This document shows positions 49,350-58,612 of a DNA stretch of 64,000 nucleotides, one piece after another. The notes below the pieces were generated by a model. That model was not told the origin of the DNA, searched no databases, and worked only from the letters and a program-made list of their open reading frames with translations. Position numbers and translations under genes: made by a program. How positions within the stretch are numbered: the stretch's first letter is position 1; the number at the start of each line of letters is the position of its first letter. The DNA is from an uncultured Bacteroidales bacterium (lineage in GTDB: Bacteria > Bacteroidota > Bacteroidia > Bacteroidales > UBA932), in the NCBI GenBank assembly GCA_947305645.1, contig CAMZEC010000001.1, positions 44,880 to 108,879 on the forward strand, read 5' to 3'.

Positions 49350-50372
49350 TTAAGGTATAAACATCACCTTGCTGAAGAATTCCTTGCGGCCGAGTATCAT
49401 GTCGAAGGCCTCTTTGTATTCTTCGAGTTTGTAGCGGTGGCTGATGAGCGGCCGAACGTCTATGATGTGTTTTGAGATTGCGTTGAGGGCGGTGCGCCAG
49501 TCGTTGTGGGCGTCGTTGTAACTGCTGTTCCAGGTGCCGCGGATGGTGAGCTGCTTGCGCAGGAGCTGGCTGTAAGTTCCCTGGGTTAAGGTCATGTCTC
49601 CGAAGGGGTTGCCCATGCTTACCACATGGCCGAAACTCTTCACGCTCTTGATGCAGCTCTCCCAGGTCTGGGTGGCCCCGGCGCCCTCGATGCAGGCGTC
49701 TGCGCCGCGTCCTCCGGTAACTTCATGGATGTACTCAGAAGCGTCCGACTGGGCGCTGTTGAAGGCGTCGAATCCGAGCTTGCGGGCAAAGTCCACCTTG
49801 TTGGGGTCGATGTCGCAAAGGATTACGTGAGCTGCTCCGGAGGCTTTGGCCCAAAGTCCCAGCATGGCGCCGATGGGCCCCGCTCCGAAGATGGCCACGG
49901 TGTCGCCTATCTTGATCTCGGCAAGGCTTATGGCATGCAGCGCCACGGCTGCCGGCTCGCACATGGCGGCCTCCTCGTAGCTGATGCCTTCGAACGGAAC
50001 GAGGTTCCATTCCTTGACTGCGATATATTCGGCGTACGCTCCGTCGCGGCGGGAGCCGTAGTAATCGTAGTTGCTGCACTGGGCGTACTCGCCAACCTGG
50101 CAGGACGCGCATTTGAAGCAGGGGAGGAGGGGGAATACGGCGGCTTTCTTGCCAACGAGTTCTGGCTTGTCAGCCTCTACTATTTCGCCGGAGAACTCGT
50201 GTCCGGGAATGGTCGGGAAATGATATGTTCCTTTTTTGAATATCCTGGGAATATCGCTGCCACAGATTCCGCACGCTTTCACTTTCAGTAATACTTCACC
50301 TTCCTGGCGTACTGGATTTGGCACGTCTTCATAGCGTAGGTCTCCTACGGCATATAGGTTAAGCGCTTTCAT
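49350..50372 (-). CDS. Zn-dependent sugar-alcohol (galactitol-1-P type) dehydrogenase
   Basis: CGICGSD, GHEFSG, C..C..C...C, GAGPIG. Confidence 0.88.
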   Translation of the reverse strand: MKALNLYAVGDLRYEDVPNPVRQEGEVLLKVKACGICGSDIPRIFKKGTYHFPTIPGHEFSGEIVEADKPELVGKKAAVFPLLPCFKCASCQVGEYAQCSNYDYYGSRRDGAYAEYIAVKEWNLVPFEGISYEEAAMCEPAAVALHAISLAEIKIGDTVAIFGAGPIGAMLGLWAKASGAAHVILCDIDPNKVDFARKLGFDAFNSAQSDASEYIHEVTGGRGADACIEGAGATQTWESCIKSVKSFGHVVSMGNPFGDMTLTQGTYSQLLRKQLTIRGTWNSSYNDAHNDWRTALNAISKHIIDVRPLISHRYKLEEYKEAFDMILGRKEFFSKVMFIP

Positions 50373-50465
50373 TTTTCTAGTTAACAGTCAGTTAGTCTTG
50401 TTCTCCTATTTATAAAATAGGGAAATTCTAGCAAAGGTAAGCATTTTTTTCTATTTTTGTAAGAA

Positions 50466-51851
50466 ATGAACATGTTTTTCAACAGCAGATGGCTTAGTCG
50501 CGAGATCCTCCGCCTCTCCGTCCCCAGCATCCTGGCCAACCTTACAGTGCCGCTTGTGGGCATGGTGGACACCGCTCTTGCGGGTCATCTGGTCGACGTG
50601 GCGGACGGCGGTTCGGCCGTGTTCATCGGCGGAATCTCCGTCGGCGCCATGCTGCTCAATCTGCTGTACTGGAACTTCTTCTTCCTGCGTACAGGCACCG
50701 GCGGACTCACGGCACAGGCGTTCGGGCGGCAGGACCTGCACGAGTGCGCCCGCATCTTCGTCCGGGGGATAGGCTTCGCGGCGGCGGTGTCGCTGCTGAT
50801 TCTGCTGCTGCAGCTTCCTCTGGCGCGCCTGGGCATGCTGCTGGTGGACGCCTCGCCAAGGGTGTGCGAACTCGCCCTGCGTTACTTCTTCATACGCATC
50901 TGGGCTGTGCCTGCTACAGTCGGCCTGATGGTCTTCCGCGGCTGGTTCGTGGGCATGCAGGATTCCGTCAGCTCCATGTGGACAGACCTGATCGTGAATT
51001 TTGTGAACATAGGGGCGTCGGTGCTGCTGACCTTCGGCGTCTTCGGCTGGGACGGCCTGGGCTTCGACGGTATCGCCGCCGGCACTCTGGTGGCCCAGTA
51101 TTCCGGACTGCTGTACGCCGTACTCGTGTGTGCAATCAAGTACCGGCAGGTGTTCGCCACCGTCACGCGCGGCGATGCCGGCGAACTGCTGCACCCCGCC
51201 AGCCTCAAGCCTTTCATGCAGATGAACGGCAACCTGCTGGGCCGCTCGCTCTGCTTCACCTGCATCTATATGGGATACACCATCATAGCGGCATCCTTCG
51301 GCGACGTGCTTCTGGCCTGCTCGTCCATCATGATGCAGCTGCTGATGATTTTTTCATACTTCACCGACGGTTTTGCGTACGCCGGAGAGGCGCTTTCCGG
51401 GCGGTTCATAGGTGCCCGGGACGAGCTGCATCTGCGGCTGACGGTGCGGTACGTTTTCGTGTGGAGCATGGGCATCTCCCTGCTGTTCATCGGGGTGTAC
51501 GCCTTGGTCGGAGGTCCGCTGGTGCGGCTTTTTACCTCGGACGATGCTGTTGTGATTGCATGTCGCCGCTTCCTGCCCTGGCTGCTGCTGATGCCTCCGG
51601 TGGGCTGCGCCGCTTTCACGTGGGACGGCATTTACCTTGGTGCTACCGCCTCCCGCAGCCTCTTTATTTCGATGGGGCTGGCGCTGCTCGGCTTCTTCGG
51701 GATATGGTTCGGCTGGCGGCTGCTCTTCCCGGGCTCTTTCGCTCCCGGTGCCGACATCTGCCTGCACGTGCTTCTGGCGGCCTACTTCATGCACCTCGCC
51801 GCCCGCACAATCTATCTGACAGCGGCATACAAGAAGGAAATACATATTTAA
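50466..51851 (+). CDS. MATE family efflux transporter (DinF-like)
   Basis: P.ILANLTVPLVG.VDTA..GH, FLR.GTGGLTAQAFG, DGFAYAGEAL.G. Confidence 0.9.
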   Translation: MNMFFNSRWLSREILRLSVPSILANLTVPLVGMVDTALAGHLVDVADGGSAVFIGGISVGAMLLNLLYWNFFFLRTGTGGLTAQAFGRQDLHECARIFVRGIGFAAAVSLLILLLQLPLARLGMLLVDASPRVCELALRYFFIRIWAVPATVGLMVFRGWFVGMQDSVSSMWTDLIVNFVNIGASVLLTFGVFGWDGLGFDGIAAGTLVAQYSGLLYAVLVCAIKYRQVFATVTRGDAGELLHPASLKPFMQMNGNLLGRSLCFTCIYMGYTIIAASFGDVLLACSSIMMQLLMIFSYFTDGFAYAGEALSGRFIGARDELHLRLTVRYVFVWSMGISLLFIGVYALVGGPLVRLFTSDDAVVIACRRFLPWLLLMPPVGCAAFTWDGIYLGATASRSLFISMGLALLGFFGIWFGWRLLFPGSFAPGADICLHVLLAAYFMHLAARTIYLTAAYKKEIHI

Positions 51852-52246
51852 TCCCAGACCTCCAGTTTAAGGTCCGGAATGCGGTCGAAGTGTTTGCGGT
51901 TACCGGTTATTAACGTAAGGTCGTTATCTATTGCTATGCTGGCAAGAAGCAAGTCCATATCTTCCAGTCTTCTGCCTTCCTTTTCGAGCTTTGCCCTTAT
52001 CTTGCCATAGGTGATGAATGACTTGTCAAACGGAATGCAGGGGATTTTATCTTTAAGCCATTCAATGGCTCGAAATTCCACCTCCCTTCCGCGTTTGAAA
52101 GCTCCGGCATAGAGTTCACACAAGCAAACGGTCGCTGTACAGCACTGCTTGACCCCCAATTCATGGAATCTTCTCTGTGCGCTGTTTTTGCCCCGGAAGA
52201 TATCGACAATAATGCAGGTGTCGACTAAATAGTGCAACTCTTCCAT
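51848..52246 (-). CDS. vapC: VapC PIN-domain toxin
   Basis: YLVDTC, ELYAG, DMDLLLASIA, LITGN.KHF.RI; TGATG coupling to the antitoxin. Confidence 0.88.
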   Translation of the reverse strand: MEELHYLVDTCIIVDIFRGKNSAQRRFHELGVKQCCTATVCLCELYAGAFKRGREVEFRAIEWLKDKIPCIPFDKSFITYGKIRAKLEKEGRRLEDMDLLLASIAIDNDLTLITGNRKHFDRIPDLKLEVWD

Positions 52247-52539
52247 CACCATTCAGGTATTGGGCGGCTGCCACTGCCTCCGCGATATTCTTCCATAATT
52301 TCTGCCGTGGTTTTGCCCTCCCAGGGATCGGGCTCCCCAGGGACGGTGTGCGGCAGATCCGCAAACAGTCCGGTGAAGGGTCCAGTATAAGGCTCGAGCT
52401 TCCTGACGTGTAATGCGCCCTCTTTCGTTGAAAACACTACTTCGTCTTTCTCTTTTAATGAAAGCTCTTTAAGGATAGATGAAGGGATGATCAACCCTCT
52501 GCTGTTTCCAATTCTGATGATATTGCCGTATTTGTCCAT
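52246..52539 (-). CDS. AbrB/MazE-type antitoxin (VapB)
   Basis: IIRIGNSRGLIIPS.IL..L. Confidence 0.85.
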   Translation of the reverse strand: MDKYGNIIRIGNSRGLIIPSSILKELSLKEKDEVVFSTKEGALHVRKLEPYTGPFTGLFADLPHTVPGEPDPWEGKTTAEIMEEYRGGSGSRPIPEW

Positions 52540-52557
52540 TTCTAGATAGATTTGCGG

Positions 52558-52610
52558 CAAAGATAGCGATGTCATTTGTAATTACAAAATCTATAATTAT
52601 GTTATAACAT
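52558..52610 (-). promoter_or_regulatory. vapBC promoter with palindromic operator candidates
   Basis: TTTG (52588-85), 19-nt spacer, TATCTTTG (52565-58); palindromes TTTGTAATTACAAA and ATGTTATAACAT. Confidence 0.7.
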
Positions 52611-52612
52611 TT

Positions 52613-53782
52613 TTATTCCAGCTCAAACTCGATGATGACGTCGCCGAAGCGGCCGGAAACTATATCCTCTTCTTCAAAATAGCGGGCGGAGAGCTGCCCG
52701 CGCCATACTATATCGTCTTTTTCGTTGTATGGAAGGTTGAGGTCGAAGCCGTAGGTTTTTGAATTGAACTTCACCTGCGCCTGGCACTTCCATGATGTTT
52801 GGGTACCGCCGTCGTCTTCCGTGACGAGGAATGCCACCCTTTCCAGCTGGGTGCTGAAATCGGAAACAAGAATAACATCGAGCGGCAGGAGTTCGCCTAC
52901 GTACTTACGCTTGACGACTAACATGAAGTCTGTAATACTGGGAGAGAACAGCTTGAGTTCCTCTTCCGTTTTGGCGTTGAAGCCTTCCACGCTGCCGCAC
53001 TTGACCCAGAACTCAGATGCGCCACCGAACCATGTGTCGTAGTTACGTAACATTCTGAAGCTCTTCATTTTAAGTTTTCTGCGTCCTCCCCCTGCCGGCT
53101 GTGTCTCAAAGATGTTTGGTGAGCTCCCTGTTTTGGTGAGCGCAGAGGCGGCATCGAACAGGTCTATGGGCGAAAACCCGGCATCGCTGTTGCGGTTCAG
53201 CACCCATACCGGCCGCTTTTTTGCGACCCTCTCATCCACATACACGGAGTCCACCACACGGGTTCCGTCTTTAAGGACGGATATTGCAAAGCCGTAATTG
53301 GACTCGGCTCCGAAGCCGGGATCGAAAGTAATAATTGGATACGACTTGCCATCCCAGCTATCCGAAAAGGGCCAGTACAGCTGGTAGCCACTCGCAGCCA
53401 GTTGCGCCATAATGTCATCTACCGACGACTTTGTGGAAAAGTTTGATGCATGAGTTTCGAAATAGCTACGGATAAGTTCCCGCAACGGCTTGCCATAGCT
53501 GCCCTCCGTACTGGTTCCCTTGGTGTTTCCGACTCCTGCCCCCGGTGCGTTCAGGAGGCATTCCATGGTGTATTCTTCGTCATATCCGCATTCGGCAGAA
53601 GCTTCTACCGCGTTATGAACTTCCTGCAGGTGCTGGCCTTCGATGGGCAGCTCGGCAAATATCTTTGCGAGCTCCTGAAGTCTTGCGTCTTCTATTCCCG
53701 GTTTGTTTTCGGGCTGTTCCGGATTAATGAGGTTGCAGGCTGAGGCCAGCACAGCTACAGAGAATAATGCAAAGCGTTTCAT
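52613..53782 (-). CDS. Hypothetical lipoprotein
   Basis: Lipobox ASAC; 389-aa ORF, no family recognised. Confidence 0.7.
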   Translation of the reverse strand: MKRFALFSVAVLASACNLINPEQPENKPGIEDARLQELAKIFAELPIEGQHLQEVHNAVEASAECGYDEEYTMECLLNAPGAGVGNTKGTSTEGSYGKPLRELIRSYFETHASNFSTKSSVDDIMAQLAASGYQLYWPFSDSWDGKSYPIITFDPGFGAESNYGFAISVLKDGTRVVDSVYVDERVAKKRPVWVLNRNSDAGFSPIDLFDAASALTKTGSSPNIFETQPAGGGRRKLKMKSFRMLRNYDTWFGGASEFWVKCGSVEGFNAKTEEELKLFSPSITDFMLVVKRKYVGELLPLDVILVSDFSTQLERVAFLVTEDDGGTQTSWKCQAQVKFNSKTYGFDLNLPYNEKDDIVWRGQLSARYFEEEDIVSGRFGDVIIEFELE

Positions 53783-53880
53783 AGCAACAGTTGTTGGTTA
53801 CTGTTGCAAAGGAACGCATTATTATCCGTGTTTTGAAGCCGTGCAACGCTTATCTTTGCGAATACGCCACTGAGGCCTCT

Positions 53881-55152
53881 CTATGCGGCTTTTTGGAAGC
53901 TGACGAATCGGTCTTTCCCGAAAAAATCGGCTTCTTTTTTAACGTTTACGAGTCCGGTGCCACGGAATACTGCCGCCGTCTCGTCTCCCAGTTCCTCGTT
54001 AATCTCCACTATGCCCCATCCGCCCGGCTTCAGGAACCTACCCGCCCATTGCGCCACGGCCCTGTAAAACTTAAGCGGATCGTCGTCCGGCACAAACAGC
54101 GCCAGCTCCGGCTCGTGCTCCAGCACATTCCGGTGCATCCGCGCCTTTTCGCTCTCCCGGATGTACGGCGGATTGGCCGTTATCACGTCGAACGGCGCCC
54201 CCTCGAACTCCTCCGGCATCCGCAGCACGTCCGCCTTAACGAACCGCGGCACCGAGCAGTCGCTTCGTTTGCAGGCAATTGCCTCCGGAGACCTTCCGTT
54301 CGCTTCGCTCACTCCATCCCTCCCACTGCGCTCCGCTTGTGGGCCCCTCCCGCTAACTGACCGCGGGTGGTCAGGGTCTCCCTGAGGTAACCGCCTGTCG
54401 CACATTCGCGACTGCTCGGCATCCGGAAACTGGGAGCGGGCGACGGCCAGGGCGGCTTCGGAGATATCCACCCCTGTCACTTCGGCCCCCGGCACCTCCA
54501 GCGCGATGCTCCAAGCTATGCACCCGCTACCGGTGCAGAGGTCCAGCACCTTCGGCCCACTGGAGGTATCGCCTAGGCCTTTGGCTCCCGGATCTTCGCT
54601 TCGCTCATCCCTCCCACTGCGCTGCGCTTGTGGGCCCCTCCAGTTCACGTGGCCACGGGCGGCCACGGCTCCGGGAGCCAATAGGCCTGGCTGCTCCTGC
54701 GGGCCGAGGAGTGCATTGCAGTTTTGGAGGCACGGAGTGCCGACAGAGGGGATAGCTGCGATAGCTGCGGAAGGGGAACCTTCCCCTTCTCCCCTGGGGG
54801 TGCAGGGGGATAATAGTCTGCTGCGCAGCAGCGGACGGAGATGCTCAGTGGCGCTAGCCACCAGCATCTCCGTTTCCGGGCGGGGTATCAGCACGTCCGG
54901 CGTAACCCTGAACTTCCAGCCGCGGAACTCCTGGAAACCGGTGATGTACTGCAACGGCTCGCCGGAAAGAAGCCGCCTCAAGCCGTCCTGCAACGCCGCA
55001 GGTGTCTCGGTCTCGGGCTTCACGATATAATCGAACGGCGCAAAACCGCACAGGTCACCGGCAAGACGCAGAACGAGGCTCCGTGCCTCCTCAGGAGGAT
55101 ACAGAGCCTCAAGCGCAACAGCGCCCTCCCGTATAAACTCCGGGAGCAGCAC
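53881..55152 (-). CDS. prmC: Release factor glutamine methyltransferase with two in-frame repeat insertions
   Basis: GTG 55152 overlapping the ddl stop; GEPLQYI, VLIPRPETE, LDLCTGSG, NPPY, HEPELALF; 423 aa versus about 280 usual. Confidence 0.9.
   Translation of the reverse strand: MLLPEFIREGAVALEALYPPEEARSLVLRLAGDLCGFAPFDYIVKPETETPAALQDGLRRLLSGEPLQYITGFQEFRGWKFRVTPDVLIPRPETEMLVASATEHLRPLLRSRLLSPCTPRGEGEGSPSAAIAAIPSVGTPCLQNCNALLGPQEQPGLLAPGAVAARGHVNWRGPQAQRSGRDERSEDPGAKGLGDTSSGPKVLDLCTGSGCIAWSIALEVPGAEVTGVDISEAALAVARSQFPDAEQSRMCDRRLPQGDPDHPRSVSGRGPQAERSGRDGVSEANGRSPEAIACKRSDCSVPRFVKADVLRMPEEFEGAPFDVITANPPYIRESEKARMHRNVLEHEPELALFVPDDDPLKFYRAVAQWAGRFLKPGGWGIVEINEELGDETAAVFRGTGLVNVKKEADFFGKDRFVSFQKAA
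54252..54419. repeat. Palindromic repeat family A, 168-nt in-frame copy in prmC
   Basis: 12-bp perfect terminal IR CCGAGCAGTCGC/GCGACTGCTCGG; core CATCCCTCCCACTGCGCT.CGCTTGTGGGCCCCTCC. Confidence 0.9.
54560..54832. repeat. Palindromic repeat family A, ~270-nt in-frame copy in prmC
   Basis: 88-nt core at 54585-54672 plus second module (TGCAGTTTTGGAGG...TCCCCTGGGGGTGCAGGGGGATA); ends approximate. Confidence 0.88.
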
Positions 55153-56168
55153 TACGAATTCTCTATAATTGTACTGAGCAAAGCGGTTAAGTCCAGACCC
55201 GCGGTGCGAATCATCCTGGGAACCAGAGAAGCGCTGGTCATACCGGGAATCGTGTTGATCTCCAGGAAATACAGGCCGTCCTCGGCAAGGATATAATCCA
55301 TACGCACGATACCTTTGCATCCCAGGCGGAAATAAATCTTTGCCGTGGTCTTCTGAACCAGCTCCCGAACCTCCTCAGACACAGGAGCAGGACAGATTTC
55401 CTGGCTGTGGCCATTGTACTTGGCGTCGTAGTCGAAGTACTCGTTATCGGAAACGATCTCGATAAGCGGAAGCGTAGAAACCTTTTCGCCGTCGAAGTAA
55501 GCCGCACAAGTCAGCTCGCGCCCCTGAACTCCCTGCTCGATGAGCACAGTATGGTTCTCGGAATAAGCAAAACGGACGGCATTCTCCATATCTTCGGGAG
55601 AAGTGACACGGGTGACGCCGAAACTTGAGCCTCCCTGAGTGGGCTTTACGAACACGGGGAACTTAAGTTTGCGCGCAACCTCGGCCTTGGTCTCTTCGTG
55701 ATCCATTCCGTGGCGCACAAACACGTCCGGTGCACATTTGGCCAGTCCCAGCTCCCTGATATAGCATTTGCACGCATATTTATCAAAAACTATGGAGCAG
55801 GTACTGGAATCGCATGTGCTGCAAGGGATGCCAAGCATCTCAAGGTATCCCTCCATCTGTCCGGTCTCGCCCGGGGCCCCGTGCTGCACGATGTAGGCAA
55901 AATCGAATTTCACCTTCTGGCCCAAAACGCTCACGGAAAAGTCGTTCTTGTCGATTTCCGGGCGGGAGCCTTCGGGGAAAATGACCCGCATGGCGTTGCG
56001 ACGGCGGCATGCCACCAGCTGCCACACGCCGAAACGGGCGAAGATCTCGTAAACATCGTAATCCCTGTCGTCTATGGCAGAGGCCACGAATTCGCCGCTC
56101 CTGCAAGACACTTCCCATTCGGAAGAATCGCTTCCGTAAATGACTGCTATCGATTGATATTTGCTCAT
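55152..56168 (-). CDS. ddl: D-alanine--D-alanine ligase
   Basis: S.EWEVS..SG, HG.PGE.G, FVKP..GGSSFGV, YFDYDAKY, LEINTIPGMT..SL.P. Confidence 0.95.
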   Translation of the reverse strand: MSKYQSIAVIYGSDSSEWEVSCRSGEFVASAIDDRDYDVYEIFARFGVWQLVACRRRNAMRVIFPEGSRPEIDKNDFSVSVLGQKVKFDFAYIVQHGAPGETGQMEGYLEMLGIPCSTCDSSTCSIVFDKYACKCYIRELGLAKCAPDVFVRHGMDHEETKAEVARKLKFPVFVKPTQGGSSFGVTRVTSPEDMENAVRFAYSENHTVLIEQGVQGRELTCAAYFDGEKVSTLPLIEIVSDNEYFDYDAKYNGHSQEICPAPVSEEVRELVQKTTAKIYFRLGCKGIVRMDYILAEDGLYFLEINTIPGMTSASLVPRMIRTAGLDLTALLSTIIENS

Positions 56169-56174
56169 AAGCCG

Positions 56175-58526
56175 TCAATTGAAATAATAATCCGTTTCCT
56201 GATTGTTAGCCGTCTCCTGTACGTCGTTCAGGTCCTCGTCGCCTCCCAGGAAGGTGCCGGAGGAATTACAGTCGAGGCTGAAGTCCACGCTGCCGGGCGC
56301 GATGAAGCAATCGTCCTCGCTGATGAGGCCGGCCGCGATGCACTTCTTCATCCAGATGCCCCAGATCGGAAGCGCCATACGGGAGCCGTCCAGCGAATTG
56401 AAGTGGATCTGTCGGTCCTCGCCGCCTATCCAAGCGCCCGCCGTAATCTTGGGGGTGTATCCTATGAACCAGCCGTCCGAGCAGTCGTTGGTCGTGCCCG
56501 TTTTGCCGGCAATTTCGCCCTTGAGGTTGTATGCATAACGCAGGCGGCTGCCCGTACCGCCGTTCACGACACCCTGCATCAGGTTCGCCATGAGGAAGGC
56601 GGACGAGGCGCTGATAGCCTCCCGCTTGGAGTTGGTATGCTCGGTGATGAGGTTGCCCTGGTTGTCCTCGATGCGCGTAACGTAAAGCGGCTCGGCATAA
56701 ACGCCCCTGGACGGGAAAGTATTGTAGGCCGCCACCATCTCGTACAGGGCAATGTCGGCCGGGCCGACGCAGAGGGCGTACACCTCGTCCACGTGGCTGT
56801 GTATGCCCATACGGTGCATCATCTGCGCCATCGCCTGCGGGCCGAACTGCTTCATCAGGAAGGCGGAGATGTTGTTGGAGCTGTTTGCAAGGCCCCACTT
56901 GAGGGTGACTGTAGTACCTATGACCTCCGGCTTGTCGGTACTGCGGGGCGTCCATTCGGAGCCGTCCCAGTTGATGAAAGTCTGAGGCGCGCAAACCACC
57001 CGGTCGCAAGGAGTCATGCCCTCCTGCATCGCCAGGGTATAGAGGAACGGCTTGATGGTGGAGCCCACCTGCCGCTTGGCCTGCGACACGTTGTCGTACT
57101 TGAAGTAGCGGTAGTTGGGACCGCCAACGAAAGCCTTCACGTTGCCGGTACCCGCCTCGATGGCCACGAAGCCGCAGCGCAGGAACGATTTGTAGTAACG
57201 GATGGAGTCGTTCGGCGTCATGGTGGTGTCCACGTAGCCCTTCTTGTTCCATGAGAACACGCGCATCTTCTGCGGCTCGTCGAACTGGGCGAGAATCTCC
57301 TTCTCGCTCAGCCCCGCCTTCTTCTGCATGCGCCAGCGGTCGCTCCAGCGGCGCGCCTGGCTCATAAGCTTGTTTACGGTCGCCTGGTCGATGTCGTTGG
57401 CGAAAGGCTTGTTCTTCTTCCACTTGACCTCCTGGTTGAAGGCACTCTGCAGATAGCCGCCCAGATGCTCGGCAACCGCCTCCTCGGCGAACACCTGCAT
57501 CTTATAATTTATAGTAGTATAGATGCGCAGGCCGTCCTTGTCCAGGTTGTACGGCTCTCCGTTGGCCTTCTTGTTCTTCTGCAGCCAGCCGTAAATCTCG
57601 TCGTTGGCCCAGCGGAGAGAGTCGGCCGAGAAATCTTCCGGGTACTGGTAGTCAGCTCGGCGGGGCTTCTTGGCGTTCATGTCGCGGCGCAGCATGTCAC
57701 GGAAATAAGGGGCGTGGCCGGAGTTGTGGTCCATTACATGGTAGTCCAGCAAGATGGGCAGCTCGCGCAGGGAGTCGCGCTCGGCCTTGGTCAGGTAGCC
57801 CGCCTTCTGCATCTGCCCTATGACGAAGTTGCGGCGCTTGAGGGCGTTGTCCGGGTTGATCACCGGGTTGTAGCGGGTAGGCTTGTTAACCATGCCCACA
57901 AGCAGGGCGCTCTCTTCCACGCTCAGGTCCAGCGGGGGTTTGGCGAAGAAAGTTTCGGATGCCGCCTTCACTCCATAGGCTCCGCTGCCGAAGAAAATGG
58001 AGTTAAGGTACATCGCCATTATTTCGTTCTTGGTGTAGTCACGCTCAAGGCGCACCGCCGTAATCCACTCCTTCAGTTTGGTGAACACAATGGTCAGCTT
58101 GCCGGCCTTCTCGTTTCTGGGGTAGAGGGTTTTGGCAAGCTGCTGGGTGATGGTGCTGCCGCCGCCCTGGCTGGAGTCGCGCAGAAGCAGGGTCTTCACG
58201 GCCACGCGCGCCAGACCTTTCATATCCACGCCAGAGTGCTTGTAGAAGCGGGCGTCTTCCGTAGCTACGGCCGCGTGCACAAGGTTGGCCGAGAGCTCGT
58301 CGTATGAAACATAGGTGCGGTTTTCTATATGGAAGGTCGTCAGGACCTCACCGTCTTCGGCAATCACCTGGGTTGCCAGCTTGCTGTCCGGATGCTCCAG
58401 TTCTTCAAAAGAAGGCAGCTTGGCAAAAAGGCCGACACAAAGCAGCAGGATAAACAACAGGGCGAACGGCGCCGCGAGTATTATCCAGAACCATTTGATG
58501 ATTATATGCTTGGTTTTGTCTGTCAT
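56175..58526 (-). CDS. mrcA: Class A penicillin-binding protein (PBP1A)
   Basis: TEDARFY.H, GGGSTITQQLAK, RQVGSTIKP, S.N, KTGTT. Confidence 0.92.
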   Translation of the reverse strand: MTDKTKHIIIKWFWIILAAPFALLFILLLCVGLFAKLPSFEELEHPDSKLATQVIAEDGEVLTTFHIENRTYVSYDELSANLVHAAVATEDARFYKHSGVDMKGLARVAVKTLLLRDSSQGGGSTITQQLAKTLYPRNEKAGKLTIVFTKLKEWITAVRLERDYTKNEIMAMYLNSIFFGSGAYGVKAASETFFAKPPLDLSVEESALLVGMVNKPTRYNPVINPDNALKRRNFVIGQMQKAGYLTKAERDSLRELPILLDYHVMDHNSGHAPYFRDMLRRDMNAKKPRRADYQYPEDFSADSLRWANDEIYGWLQKNKKANGEPYNLDKDGLRIYTTINYKMQVFAEEAVAEHLGGYLQSAFNQEVKWKKNKPFANDIDQATVNKLMSQARRWSDRWRMQKKAGLSEKEILAQFDEPQKMRVFSWNKKGYVDTTMTPNDSIRYYKSFLRCGFVAIEAGTGNVKAFVGGPNYRYFKYDNVSQAKRQVGSTIKPFLYTLAMQEGMTPCDRVVCAPQTFINWDGSEWTPRSTDKPEVIGTTVTLKWGLANSSNNISAFLMKQFGPQAMAQMMHRMGIHSHVDEVYALCVGPADIALYEMVAAYNTFPSRGVYAEPLYVTRIEDNQGNLITEHTNSKREAISASSAFLMANLMQGVVNGGTGSRLRYAYNLKGEIAGKTGTTNDCSDGWFIGYTPKITAGAWIGGEDRQIHFNSLDGSRMALPIWGIWMKKCIAAGLISEDDCFIAPGSVDFSLDCNSSGTFLGGDEDLNDVQETANNQETDYYFN

Positions 58527-58612
58527 TTTATCACAATAAAACACAAAAATACGAACAAATTTGGAAAAACACCTCAGTTTTGTTTTAACTTTGTAGCCGA
58601 TTTTGTGAAACT

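Noticed and set aside
54252-54832. Inteins or group I/II introns in prmC
   Set aside because: No C/S...HN intein ends, too short, no intron core motifs; the inserts match a dispersed repeat
55153-55320. Longer prmC N-terminus from the ORF track
   Set aside because: Overlaps ddl; GTG at 55152 fits translational coupling and normal length
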